From Clostridia bacterium (GTDB lineage Bacteria; Bacillota; Clostridia; TANB77; CAG-508), in NCBI GenBank assembly GCA_017456555.1, contig JAFTJF010000007.1:3257-67256 (forward strand): 64,000 bases of DNA. The letters are read 5' to 3'. Shown in pieces: positions 1 to 12,858 of the stretch (position 1 is its first letter; each line of letters opens with the position of its first letter). Under the pieces are notes generated by a model that was not told the DNA's origin, did no database searches, and worked only from the letters and a program-made list of their open reading frames with translations. The translations under genes were made by a program, and so were the position numbers.

Positions 1-17
1 TTTTTTCTAATATTTAT

Positions 18-294
18 AAATAATAATTTGTCGAGCTATTACTTTTAAGATTTTCTGTGACGGATATTTATAATATATTTAAATCGAAACCCCACAAACG
101 AAAGGTTAGAAAATATATTAAGAAAATTTGAGGGTTGTTCACGACTTAATTTTCTTGAAAAGAAAATTAAGAAAGATGAAAGCGGCTCAAATTTTGTTAA
201 TTAGATTTTCTCCTTAAGTGAGTGTGAAATAAAATATATTATAAATATTTCAGTTACAGAAAAATTATATTATCTATTCTACAAATTATTATTT
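18..294. repeat. Long imperfect intergenic palindrome (rod-like hairpin element A)
   Basis: Nested inverted repeats read directly: aaataataatttgt 18-31 / acaaattattattt 281-294; ttttctgtgac..tatttataatatattt 51-80 / aaatatattataaata..gttacagaaaa 232-263; aaaatttgag / ctcaaatttt; central cttaattttctt 145-156 / aagaaaattaag 160-171. Confidence 0.85.
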
Positions 295-301
295 TTTATT
301 C

Positions 302-1051
302 CTATACTATTTCCTCTAACTTTTCCAATATATAATGACTTATTAATTGATATCCCTCTTCTTTCAAATGAATCCCATCATTTTGTCTATAAATAGTTCC
401 TTTTCCCTCAAACTTATCAGCAACATCAATATAATTCACATTTCTTTTTTTACACAAAACTTTAATTTGCTCTTCAAGTTTATCTCTTCTTTCCTTCATC
501 TCAGGTTTAACCGAACCATCTAAAGTAATTACATCAATTGTCTCATCATCAATCAAAAACATTTGTAAATAACAAAGTTTTGCTTCAGGAAACCTATTTT
601 GTAATTCAACAATTACCTCTTCTAAATCACCAATTACTGTATTTTGATCTGAAATCGCATTTGGGTTTTCATCAACAACTCCAATTTCCTTTTTTAAAGA
701 ATTATCAATAAATCCAAGCCCATAACTAATAATATCATTAGCTCCACCATTAAATACAATAATATCTGGATTTCCTTTTAAATTTTTAGCTTGATTTATT
801 AGCACAATATCATCTGTACCAGTATTATCTGTAATTGTACAACCACTTCTACTATTATTTATAATTTTTGAATTTGGCAGGCTTTCAGAAAAATAATATT
901 CAAAACTTTTAGAATCATTTCCATGTCCTTGAATCAATGAATCTCCTAAAAAAGCAATTGTTTTTCCATCTAATCTATCATCCACAAAATTACTTATTAT
1001 CGCAATTATACATATTAATAATATAATAAAAATTGTTATATATTTTTTCAT
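302..1051 (-). CDS. SGNH/GDSL-family hydrolase with N-terminal membrane anchor
   Basis: FLGDSL block I, GGAND block III, DGIH block V; hydrophobic N-terminus. Confidence 0.9.
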   Translation of the reverse strand: MKKYITIFIILLICIIAIISNFVDDRLDGKTIAFLGDSLIQGHGNDSKSFEYYFSESLPNSKIINNSRSGCTITDNTGTDDIVLINQAKNLKGNPDIIVFNGGANDIISYGLGFIDNSLKKEIGVVDENPNAISDQNTVIGDLEEVIVELQNRFPEAKLCYLQMFLIDDETIDVITLDGSVKPEMKERRDKLEEQIKVLCKKRNVNYIDVADKFEGKGTIYRQNDGIHLKEEGYQLISHYILEKLEEIV

Positions 1052-1183
1052 TTGTTCCTCTTCTGTTTTTATATTTCTTTCATTTTATATAAAACCATAA
1101 AAAAAATCAAATATAAAATATTATTCAAATACTTAATCTGAAATTTCCTACTTTTGCAGCAACCATTATACAAATATAGACAC

Positions 1184-1216
1184 AAAAAAGATGAAGATTT
1201 TTAAATCTTCATCTTT
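1184..1216 (-). terminator. Intrinsic terminator after ftsH
   Basis: aaagatgaagattt-tt-aaatcttcatcttt stem followed by a T-run on the - strand. Confidence 0.8.
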
Positions 1217-1273
1217 CTCATTATAATTTACTTAATTTCATTTTTTTTAGATATCTATCTTATTATAAATATC

Positions 1274-3118
1274 TTATTTAAAAAATTCTTCAAATTCTTC
1301 ACTTGTTATTTTCTCTTTTTCTAATAAAGTAAGTGCTACTCTATCTAAAGTATCCATATTTTCTAAAAGGATTCTTTGTGCTGTTTCATATGCATTATCT
1401 ATTAACACTTGAATTTGATTTCCAACTTTGTCTATAACTTTATCTCCAAAGATTTGTAATTCATATGGATCATCAACTTTTAAAGAAATTGGACCTAAAC
1501 TATCATCCATTCCATATATAGTAAGCATATCTTTGGCAATTCCAGTCGCAACTTCTATATCATTACTTGCTCCAGTTGATATTTCATTTAATGCTATTTT
1601 TTCAGCAGCTCTACCACCCATTAAAGCAACCATTTTTTCTAATAGTTCTGTTCTTGATACATAATATTTATCTTCATTTGTTTTATACATTGTGTATCCA
1701 CCAGCTAAACCTCTTGGTATAATAGAAACTTCTTTTACGTCAGTTTGAGTTGGTAAAAATTTACTTACTACAGCATGTCCTGCTTCATGATAAGCTGTTA
1801 ATTTTTTATCTTTATCTGAAATTACTCTATTTGTTTTTTCTAAACCTACAGTTATCTTCTTAACTGCATTTTCAATATCATCATTTGATATTTCTTTATG
1901 TTTTAATCTTGTTGCAATAATTGCAGCTTCGTTTAAAACATTTGCAAGTTCAGCTCCAGTAAATCCAGCTGTATCTCCTGCAATTGATTTAAAATCAACA
2001 TCATCTGCAAATTTTTTGTTTTTGCTATGAAGTTTTAATATTTCTTCTCTTCCTATTAAGTCTGGTGCAGGAATTGTTACTTGTCTATCAAATCTTCCTG
2101 GTCTTAATAAAGCTTTATCTAACATTTCTGGTCTATTTGTTGCAGCTAAAACTATAATAGTTTCTGTTGTATCAAATCCATCCATTTCAACTAATAATTG
2201 GTTTAATGTTTGGTTATTTTCTGTTTCTGAACCACTATTACTTGTTCTTCTAGAACCTATAGCATCAATTTCATCTATGAAAATTATACATGGTGCCATT
2301 TTTTTAGCTTTTTCGAATAATTTTCTAACTCTTGATGCACCAAGACCTGCAAACATTTCGATAAATTCAGACCCACTCATTGAAATAAATGGAACTCCTG
2401 CTTCTCCAGCAATTGCTCTTGCAATTAAAGTTTTTCCAGTTCCTGGTTTTCCATATAATAAAATTCCTTTAGGAATTTTTGCTCCCATATCTAAATATGC
2501 TTTTGGTTTTTTCAAAAAATCTACAATTTCGATTAATTCGCCTTTTTCTTCATCAAGACCTGCAATATCGTCAAATCTTACATCTGGAGATTTACTTCCA
2601 TCTTCTCCACCATAAACTTTTCCGCTATCTCCTCCAAGTCCTTGCATCTTAATCATCATAACCATTAAAACTACTAGCAAAATTGTTGGTAATAATGAAA
2701 ATAATGTATCTGAAATTCTAAGTACTGGATTAACTGGTTCTTGTATTAATTCAATTTTCTTTCCTTCTTTGTCAACTTTTTCTTGAACCATTTCCATAAA
2801 AGCTTGTAAGCTTGGAACTAAAACTATTTTTTCTCTTTCTTCCTCTTCACCTTCACCTTTAAGAATAACATTAATTGTTGCACTTCCTGAAGTCATTTTT
2901 ATTTTTTCTACTTTATCTTCATTTATTGAAGTAATAACTTCAGTATAAGGAATTTCTTTTTCATCTTTTTCTTTATTAATTACATACATGCTATAAATAG
3001 ACATTAATATACATGCTCCTAATGCAATTAATAATAAAATAGTTTTTGTTGATTCAAAATCTCTTGGTTTCTTTTCTTTTTGTTTTCTGCTTTTTGGTTT
3101 CTTTTTGTTATCTTTCAT
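1274..3118 (-). CDS. ftsH: ATP-dependent zinc metalloprotease FtsH
   Basis: 2 TM, Walker A GKPGTGKT, Walker B IIFIDEID, SRH ALLRPGRFDR, HEAGH zinc motif. Confidence 0.97.
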   Translation of the reverse strand: MKDNKKKPKSRKQKEKKPRDFESTKTILLLIALGACILMSIYSMYVINKEKDEKEIPYTEVITSINEDKVEKIKMTSGSATINVILKGEGEEEEREKIVLVPSLQAFMEMVQEKVDKEGKKIELIQEPVNPVLRISDTLFSLLPTILLVVLMVMMIKMQGLGGDSGKVYGGEDGSKSPDVRFDDIAGLDEEKGELIEIVDFLKKPKAYLDMGAKIPKGILLYGKPGTGKTLIARAIAGEAGVPFISMSGSEFIEMFAGLGASRVRKLFEKAKKMAPCIIFIDEIDAIGSRRTSNSGSETENNQTLNQLLVEMDGFDTTETIIVLAATNRPEMLDKALLRPGRFDRQVTIPAPDLIGREEILKLHSKNKKFADDVDFKSIAGDTAGFTGAELANVLNEAAIIATRLKHKEISNDDIENAVKKITVGLEKTNRVISDKDKKLTAYHEAGHAVVSKFLPTQTDVKEVSIIPRGLAGGYTMYKTNEDKYYVSRTELLEKMVALMGGRAAEKIALNEISTGASNDIEVATGIAKDMLTIYGMDDSLGPISLKVDDPYELQIFGDKVIDKVGNQIQVLIDNAYETAQRILLENMDTLDRVALTLLEKEKITSEEFEEFFK

Positions 3119-3140
3119 AAATTACACACATTCCTTTTTA

Positions 3141-4223
3141 TTATATTTCAGAACCATCTGGTTCACGATTTTCTTCTGAAGTTTGAGTATCTTCCTCTGT
3201 TTTTTCTTCTTTTTTCTCTTCTGTATTATCTTTATTTTCGTCTTTGTTTTCCTCTTCTTTGTTTTCTTCTAAAGTCTTTTCTTCATTCATTTCTGCTTTT
3301 ACTTGTTTTTGAACTTCAATAATTTTTTGTAGTTCTTCTCTTTGTTTTAACAAATCGTATTTTATCATAAATATTGCAGCAATTACATAGATATAAGCAA
3401 TTAATAAACGTATTGCTTCAAAATATGGAACACTAAATCCAGTAGTAATTAATACAACATCTAAAATCGTATCTAATATTAATGGTAATGTTAAAGCATA
3501 AATAGACAATGTCATCATTGGATCCATTTTAAAATTAACACCACATATTCTAGCAGATATTAATCCTAACAATGTAAGTACAAATACATCACTAAGTATA
3601 AACATTAGATTTACAAATACTAAAGCTATAAATATAATTATTGAATATGTTACTACAATTCTTAAAATTCCAAACTCCTCTAAAGTTTTTACTAACTCTT
3701 GTTTGTTTGAAATTTTAAATTCATTTTCAAGATTTATTGGGTCTGTTTCTGTATTAATAGTTGTTAAACTATCATAAGAATTTTCAAGTTCTGAACCTTC
3801 ATATGAGAAAATAAATTTATCTCTTAATAATATAATTCCACTTGATGCATCATATAATTTATTTCTATATTGTTCTTCTTGTTCTTTAGAAATTTCATTT
3901 CCTGTATCAACTACTATTTTGAAATCAAATTCTTCATCATAACCTTCTTCATATCTTGTTGTTTCTAAAATTCCATTTGAAAAACTAAAGTCTGGAAATT
4001 CATTTTCTATATAGTTATTTGCTTTATTTAACATTTTTGTCATATCATAAGCTACACCACATGTAACTAAAAAAGAAATTAGTACAGTTAATAAAAATAA
4101 GTATTTAAATGCTACTGATAATTTTTCTCCTAAGAAAAATCCATAATCTTCTAATTCAAATATTGATTTTTTTACTCTTTGAAAAAACTTCATTTCTTTT
4201 TTATCTTTAGATTTTGTTTCCAC
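3141..4223 (-). CDS. DUF1189-like membrane protein
   Basis: N-terminal TM, extracellular loop starting 'PDFSFSNGIL', further TMs, acidic tail; family assignment from recall. Confidence 0.6.
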   Translation of the reverse strand: METKSKDKKEMKFFQRVKKSIFELEDYGFFLGEKLSVAFKYLFLLTVLISFLVTCGVAYDMTKMLNKANNYIENEFPDFSFSNGILETTRYEEGYDEEFDFKIVVDTGNEISKEQEEQYRNKLYDASSGIILLRDKFIFSYEGSELENSYDSLTTINTETDPINLENEFKISNKQELVKTLEEFGILRIVVTYSIIIFIALVFVNLMFILSDVFVLTLLGLISARICGVNFKMDPMMTLSIYALTLPLILDTILDVVLITTGFSVPYFEAIRLLIAYIYVIAAIFMIKYDLLKQREELQKIIEVQKQVKAEMNEEKTLEENKEEENKDENKDNTEEKKEEKTEEDTQTSEENREPDGSEI

Positions 4224-5326
4224 TATACATACTCCCTTCTAATTACCTCGTTTATAAGTAGTGGAGGCACATTTAGAATTACTTCATCTCCTGGGTTTAT
4301 ATCATCGCTATCTGTTATATCAATAGTAGCATGACACAAACCTATTCTACCAATAATTTTATATTCTTTTCCATTTATTTTTACTTTACAATGATTATCT
4401 TTAAATAATTTTTTTACTTCCATTAATATTGCAATTATATTATTTTTAAATGTAAAATCTTCTCTTTTGTCTGCTCTATTAAATCCATCCATATGCCCAA
4501 CAGGAATTGTTGCAATTTTTGTTTCCCTTTTTGTTACATAAGTATTTCCATAACTTATAGTATATCCTTTTGGAACATTTTTTATTTCAGCAATCTTAGT
4601 TTTCAAAACACCAATTGGTATTAATTCTGTATTTTTCAAAAGAGTTCTTCCTTGAAAAAGAGAACCTATTCTAACTGCATCTAATCTCATTTCTGGATAT
4701 TTTAAAAATGCAGTTGAAGCACATATATGTAAGATTTTAGGTCTTAATGATTTTTCTTCAAGAACTTTTACTACTTCCATAAATCTATTAAATTGAATTC
4801 TTGTCCATTTCTCATCAATAGCTTTTGCAAAATGAGAAAACATACCTTCTATTTCTATGTTTTCCGCATTTTCAAAAACTTTTAATATTTCTTCTATATT
4901 TGAATATAAGATTCCATATCTTCCAAAACCTGTATCAATTTTTAAATGTGCTTTATATTTTTCTTTATTTAAATCTTTCAATACTTTTTTTAGTAATTCA
5001 AGTTCTTCAAAACTTCCAATTGTTACTGTTATATCATTTTCTACCATCATTTTCAATTCTTCTTCAATTGAAGTTGGCGAAAGCATTAAAACTTCTTCCT
5101 CAATTCCTGCTTTTCTTACTTTTAAACCTTCTTCATAGGTTGCAACAGCTAAAGAATTTATTCCGTTTTCAATTAGAAATTTAGAATATTGTACGATATC
5201 CAATCCTCCGCCATTTCCTTTAACAACAGCATAAATTTTTGTATTAGGAGTTTTTTCAGAATTTATTTTTTTTACTACTTCTATATTATTTATAAAATTC
5301 TTTTTATCTATTTCTACTACTTTCAT
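4223..5326 (-). CDS. alr: Alanine racemase-family PLP enzyme
   Basis: AVVKGNG PLP lysine, HLKIDTGFGRYG, FSHF, VRIG, ISYG catalytic Tyr. Confidence 0.85.
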   Translation of the reverse strand: MKVVEIDKKNFINNIEVVKKINSEKTPNTKIYAVVKGNGGGLDIVQYSKFLIENGINSLAVATYEEGLKVRKAGIEEEVLMLSPTSIEEELKMMVENDITVTIGSFEELELLKKVLKDLNKEKYKAHLKIDTGFGRYGILYSNIEEILKVFENAENIEIEGMFSHFAKAIDEKWTRIQFNRFMEVVKVLEEKSLRPKILHICASTAFLKYPEMRLDAVRIGSLFQGRTLLKNTELIPIGVLKTKIAEIKNVPKGYTISYGNTYVTKRETKIATIPVGHMDGFNRADKREDFTFKNNIIAILMEVKKLFKDNHCKVKINGKEYKIIGRIGLCHATIDITDSDDINPGDEVILNVPPLLINEVIRREYV

Positions 5327-5402
5327 AAAATACCCTTTTTGAAAATTACAATATTTATTATAATCTATAATTCCTTAAATTTTCATTAATTTAGTTATAT
5401 TT

Positions 5403-6461
5403 CTATTTCTTTGTTGTTAATTTCTTTTTCAAAGTTCTTAAAGTTCTAAATGCTTTTTCAGAAAATTTATATAATTTATATACTAAAGGTTTATATGGAA
5501 TATAGATTTCTCCAATAAATTCTGTAAAATCAGCATTAAAGCCTTTTTTAAATCTATATAAACCATATTGTGGATGAGATTCATCTACAACTCCTGAAAC
5601 TCCTCTAAAGTCATACATATCTGCACCCATTTTTATTGCTTCTTGAATCATTGTCCATTGAAGCAAATAGTTTGGCATTAAATTTCTATGTTTGTTACTG
5701 CTTGCTCCATACAAGTACCAAACTTTGTTACCATACATAATTGGTATTATTCCTGATATTGGTTTATCTTCATGATAAGCCATTAAAAGTTTCATATGAT
5801 TTGGAGCCATTTCATCATACATTTTCTCGAAATATTCTAAAGATCTAATAATAAAATTATCTCTTTCTCCTGTTTCAATCATTATTTCATGAAATGCTTT
5901 TAAATCTTCTCTTGTTCCTTCTTTTATAACAACACCTTTTTTAGTTGCTAAACGAACATTATATCTTGTTTTTTGATGAAGTTCTGCAAAGATTTGCTCT
6001 TCTGTTTTTCCTTTTAAATTTAATCTAAAAACAAATCTTGGTTGAATTTCATCTTTAAAATCTTTGCTATCATCTTTTATTTTAAAACCATATTTTGTAA
6101 TTATTTTTCTAAATTCTTCATCAGATTTTAAAATATCAGGTTCAACTCTTAAAACAAAAGCTTTATATTTTTTTGCTAAAAGATCTGCTCCATCTCTTAA
6201 TTCTTTTATAACTTCTTCATTATAAAGATCACAAACAGGTCCTCTTGCAGAATACATAATATTTCCAAATATAGGAATTTTTCTAACCCATACACAAAGA
6301 CTGCCTCTTATTTTACCATCTTTGTCTTCTGATAAAATAACTTCTTTTTTCCAACTTGTTTTTACATTTCCCCATTCAAGAGATTGTTGGAAATTACATC
6401 TTTCATGAGATTCCAAAAATTTCTTATATTCTTCTTTATCTTTTTCTTCTAATAGTCTCAA
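5403..6461 (-). CDS. FemABX-family peptidoglycan peptidyltransferase
   Basis: FQQSLEWG, KTRYNVRLA, YLYGASS, YDFRG, GLYRFKKGF motifs. Confidence 0.92.
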   Translation of the reverse strand: MRLLEEKDKEEYKKFLESHERCNFQQSLEWGNVKTSWKKEVILSEDKDGKIRGSLCVWVRKIPIFGNIMYSARGPVCDLYNEEVIKELRDGADLLAKKYKAFVLRVEPDILKSDEEFRKIITKYGFKIKDDSKDFKDEIQPRFVFRLNLKGKTEEQIFAELHQKTRYNVRLATKKGVVIKEGTREDLKAFHEIMIETGERDNFIIRSLEYFEKMYDEMAPNHMKLLMAYHEDKPISGIIPIMYGNKVWYLYGASSNKHRNLMPNYLLQWTMIQEAIKMGADMYDFRGVSGVVDESHPQYGLYRFKKGFNADFTEFIGEIYIPYKPLVYKLYKFSEKAFRTLRTLKKKLTTKK

Positions 6462-6488
6462 AACTTTAATCCTCCAAAATAATTTTAT

Positions 6489-7874
6489 CTATTGTTTTTC
6501 TACAATTGTTCCTTCTTTGCTATCTTTAACAGTATAACCATTTTCTATTAAAATATCTCTAATTCTATCTGATTCAGCCCAATTTTTATTTGTTCTTGCT
6601 TCATTTCTTTCTTGAACTAATTTTGTTATTTCTTCAGGTAGAACATTTTCTTGTTTTTGATAATTTTTTAAATCTAATCCTAAAACTTCATCAAATTTTA
6701 ATAAAAGATTTTGTAATTTTTTTGATTTATTAGGATTTTTTACAACATCCCAAACAACACTCATCGCAACCGGCATATTTAAATCATCATTAATTGCTTC
6801 TAAGAATTTTTCTTCATATTCTTTTATAGCTTCATCAGAAACATCTTCATTTCCTTCTGCGTGTTTTAAATATCCTTCTCTTAATCTATTTAATGCTACT
6901 TTTGCAGCATCCATAGCTTCAAATGTAAAATTGATTTGAGCTCTATAGTTTGATGTAAAATTAAACATTCTATAAACTAATGGCTCGTATCCTTTTTCTT
7001 CTAAGTCTTTTAAAGTATATAGATTATTTAAACTCTTAGACATTTTTCCACCATTTATTTGTAAGAATTCAACATGCATCCAATAATTTGCTGGTGTTTT
7101 TCCTGAAAAACCTTTACTTTGTGCAATTTCATTTTCATGGTGAATTGGAATATGATCAACTCCACCAGTGTGAATATCAAATTGATCACCCAAGTATTTA
7201 TACCCCATAGCAGAGCACTCTAAATGCCAACCTGGATAAGATTTTCCAAAGAAAGAATCCCATTTCATAATATGATTTTCTGGTGCTTTAATCCAAAGAG
7301 CAAAATCTGAAATATTTCTTTTGCTTTGATCAAATTCTACTCTTGCACCAGCTTTTTGTTCATCAACATTTCTATTTGATAACACACCATATTTATCTAG
7401 TTTTGATGTATCAAAATAAACTGTATCTTCTGTTTGATAAGAAAATCCATTTTCTATGATTTTTTTAACATATTCTTCCATAACATCAATATGTTCTGTT
7501 GCTCTAGCAATAATCTCTGGTCTGTCTACATTTAATTTATCAATATCAGCTAAAAATGCATCCATATAAAATTGTGCTATTTCAAATGGATCTTTGTTTT
7601 CTCTTTTAGCTGCTTTCATCATTTTGTCTTCACCTTCATCAGCATCTGATACTAAGTGACCAACATCAGTGATGTTCATAACATGTTTTAAATTATAACC
7701 ATTATATTTTAAAACTCTTCTTAAATTATCCATAAATAAATATGCTCTTAAGTTTCCTATGTGAGCAAAATAGTAAACAGTAGGACCACATGAATACATT
7801 CTTATCTCTTTCTCATTTAGAGGTTTAAACTCTTCTTTTTTTCTTGTAAGCGTATTAAAAATTTTTATACTCAT
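6489..7874 (-). CDS. cysS: Cysteine--tRNA ligase
   Basis: CGPTVY, HIGN, PGWHLECSAM, KMSKS. Confidence 0.97.
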   Translation of the reverse strand: MSIKIFNTLTRKKEEFKPLNEKEIRMYSCGPTVYYFAHIGNLRAYLFMDNLRRVLKYNGYNLKHVMNITDVGHLVSDADEGEDKMMKAAKRENKDPFEIAQFYMDAFLADIDKLNVDRPEIIARATEHIDVMEEYVKKIIENGFSYQTEDTVYFDTSKLDKYGVLSNRNVDEQKAGARVEFDQSKRNISDFALWIKAPENHIMKWDSFFGKSYPGWHLECSAMGYKYLGDQFDIHTGGVDHIPIHHENEIAQSKGFSGKTPANYWMHVEFLQINGGKMSKSLNNLYTLKDLEEKGYEPLVYRMFNFTSNYRAQINFTFEAMDAAKVALNRLREGYLKHAEGNEDVSDEAIKEYEEKFLEAINDDLNMPVAMSVVWDVVKNPNKSKKLQNLLLKFDEVLGLDLKNYQKQENVLPEEITKLVQERNEARTNKNWAESDRIRDILIENGYTVKDSKEGTIVEKQ

Positions 7875-7946
7875 ATGTTCATCTCCTTTACTTTTTTATA
7901 ACACTCGAGCGGATTTTTAGGTCCGCTCTTATTTTAATTAAATTAA

Positions 7947-10894
<2,948 letters not shown>

Positions 10895-11011
10895 AAATCC
10901 TCCTTTGTCTTTCAAAAATATAATTTTTATAATCACATTTTTTCACTATTTTAACAAATGTATTATATTACAATTCAGTAAAAAGATAAAGCCTTTTTTG
11001 TTATTTTTTTC

Positions 11012-11878
11012 TTAATTTTCAAGCAAAAAAATCTCGTCTATTCCAGTAAAAATCTGTGCTCCCTCTGAAATTAGTTTATTAGTACCACTAGAATTTAAAG
11101 ATGTTATATTTCCTGGAACTGCAAAAATATCTTTTCCCTGTTCTAAAGCATAGTTAACAGTAATTAAACTACCACTATTTTCTTTTGCTTCAACCACAAT
11201 TACCTTCTTGGAAAGTCCACTAATAATTCTATTCCTCATAGGAAAATTATATTTCTCTGGTTTGGTCCCTAACTTAAATTCAGAAATTATAGTTCCATCA
11301 TTTTCTAAAATTCTTTCAAAAACTTTTTTATTTTCAAAAGGATAAATATCATTATCACCAATACCAGTTCCCAAAACAGCAATCGTTTTCCCAACATTAC
11401 TATCCAAAGCACCCAAATGTGCATATTTATCAATACCTAGAGCCAAACCACTAACAACGTTTACATTCCTATCAGCAAGTTCTTTAGCAATTTTTCTAGC
11501 AACAAATCTTCCATAATAAGAAGCATCACGTGAACCAACAATAGAAGCACAATCTTCATAAAGATTTTCAAGTCTCCCTCTTACATATAAAAAAGCAGGC
11601 CTATTTTCAATAACCTTTAAAGAGTTTGGATATTTTTCAGAATTACACAAAATCAAACTAATCCCATTTTTCTCCATAAAACAACTATATTTATCTAAGT
11701 TCCTCTTTTTAACATCATCAAAAATTTTCTGAGTACACTTTTCAGAAAACTCCAAATCTTCCAAATCTCTTTTATTCAAACTCCAAATAATTTCAGAACT
11801 CTCAAACTTCTCTAATAATTTTAATTTATTTTTATTACTAATATCTAAATTAGAAAACCAAATATCATATAAATTCAA
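11012..11878 (-). CDS. dprA: DNA-processing protein DprA
   Basis: IVGSR, VSGLALGID, NFPMRNRIISGLS, SGSLIT; probable TTG start 11878 after AGAAAGGAG (the longer ORF call overlaps the folD terminator). Confidence 0.93.
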   Translation of the reverse strand: MNLYDIWFSNLDISNKNKLKLLEKFESSEIIWSLNKRDLEDLEFSEKCTQKIFDDVKKRNLDKYSCFMEKNGISLILCNSEKYPNSLKVIENRPAFLYVRGRLENLYEDCASIVGSRDASYYGRFVARKIAKELADRNVNVVSGLALGIDKYAHLGALDSNVGKTIAVLGTGIGDNDIYPFENKKVFERILENDGTIISEFKLGTKPEKYNFPMRNRIISGLSKKVIVVEAKENSGSLITVNYALEQGKDIFAVPGNITSLNSSGTNKLISEGAQIFTGIDEIFLLEN

Positions 11879-11935
11879 GTAAAAACTCCTTTCTGTGATT
11901 TTGGGACGGAGAAAAAAATCATCCTCAAATCCCAC

Positions 11936-11963
11936 AAAAAAGAGCATAGAAAATTCTATGCCC
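11936..11963 (-). terminator. Intrinsic terminator after folD
   Basis: gcatagaa-aa-ttctatgc stem plus T-run on the - strand. Confidence 0.7.
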
Positions 11964-11978
11964 CTTATTATATTATTT

Positions 11979-12827
11979 TTAATTTAATTTTAGTTTCGCA
12001 GCCTTAACCACATTGTTCAAAAGCATCGCAATTGTCATAGGCCCAACCCCACCAGGAACTGGAGTAATATGACTAGCCTTATCAAAAATAGCATCATAAT
12101 CCACATCACCACAAATTGAACCATCATCTAATCTGTTAATTCCAACATCAATAACAACTGCCCCATCTTTAACCATATCAGCCTTAACAAATTTAGGTTT
12201 ACCAATAGCTGCTATAATTATATCTGCTCTTTTAATAACCTCTCCAATATCTTTTGTTCTAGAATGACAAACTGTAACTGTAGAGTTCTTATTAAGCATA
12301 CATTGAATCATAGGTTTTCCTACGATATTACTTCTTCCAAGAATAACTGCATTTTTTCCTTCTGTTTCAATATTATATTCTTCAAGCATTTTTATTACAC
12401 CATAAGGTGTACAAGAAACAAATGCATCTTCTCCAATTGTTAAATTTCCAACATTTATAGGATTAAATCCATCAACATCCTTATTTGGCGAAATTGATCT
12501 AAATGCTTTATTTACATCTATATGTTTTGGAACTGGACATTGTAATAAAATACCATGAACAGAATCATCTTGATTTAGTTTTTCTATTGTTTCCAAAAGC
12601 ATTTCTTCTGAAATTGTTTCTTCAAATAAAAATTCTTCAAATTCAATTCCTACTTTTTCACATGCTTTAGATTTATTTCTAACATATACTGTTGATCCTG
12701 GATCATTTCCAACCATTATTACTGCAAGTTTAGGATTAATTCCTTTCGCTTTTAATTCCTCAACATCTTTTTTTAGCTCTTTTCTTACTTTTTTTGCAAG
12801 TTCTTTTCCATCAATTATTTCTGCCAT
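11979..12827 (-). CDS. folD: Bifunctional methylene-THF dehydrogenase/cyclohydrolase
   Basis: KDVDG, GRSNIVGKP, DVGINR, TPVPGGVGPMT. Confidence 0.97.
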   Translation of the reverse strand: MAEIIDGKELAKKVRKELKKDVEELKAKGINPKLAVIMVGNDPGSTVYVRNKSKACEKVGIEFEEFLFEETISEEMLLETIEKLNQDDSVHGILLQCPVPKHIDVNKAFRSISPNKDVDGFNPINVGNLTIGEDAFVSCTPYGVIKMLEEYNIETEGKNAVILGRSNIVGKPMIQCMLNKNSTVTVCHSRTKDIGEVIKRADIIIAAIGKPKFVKADMVKDGAVVIDVGINRLDDGSICGDVDYDAIFDKASHITPVPGGVGPMTIAMLLNNVVKAAKLKLN

Positions 12828-12858
12828 TTTTTCTCTTTGTTAGAATCTAACAATCCTC

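Noticed and set aside
11879-11947. N-terminal extension of dprA in the ORF track
   Set aside because: Overlaps the folD terminator; a strong RBS points to TTG 11878
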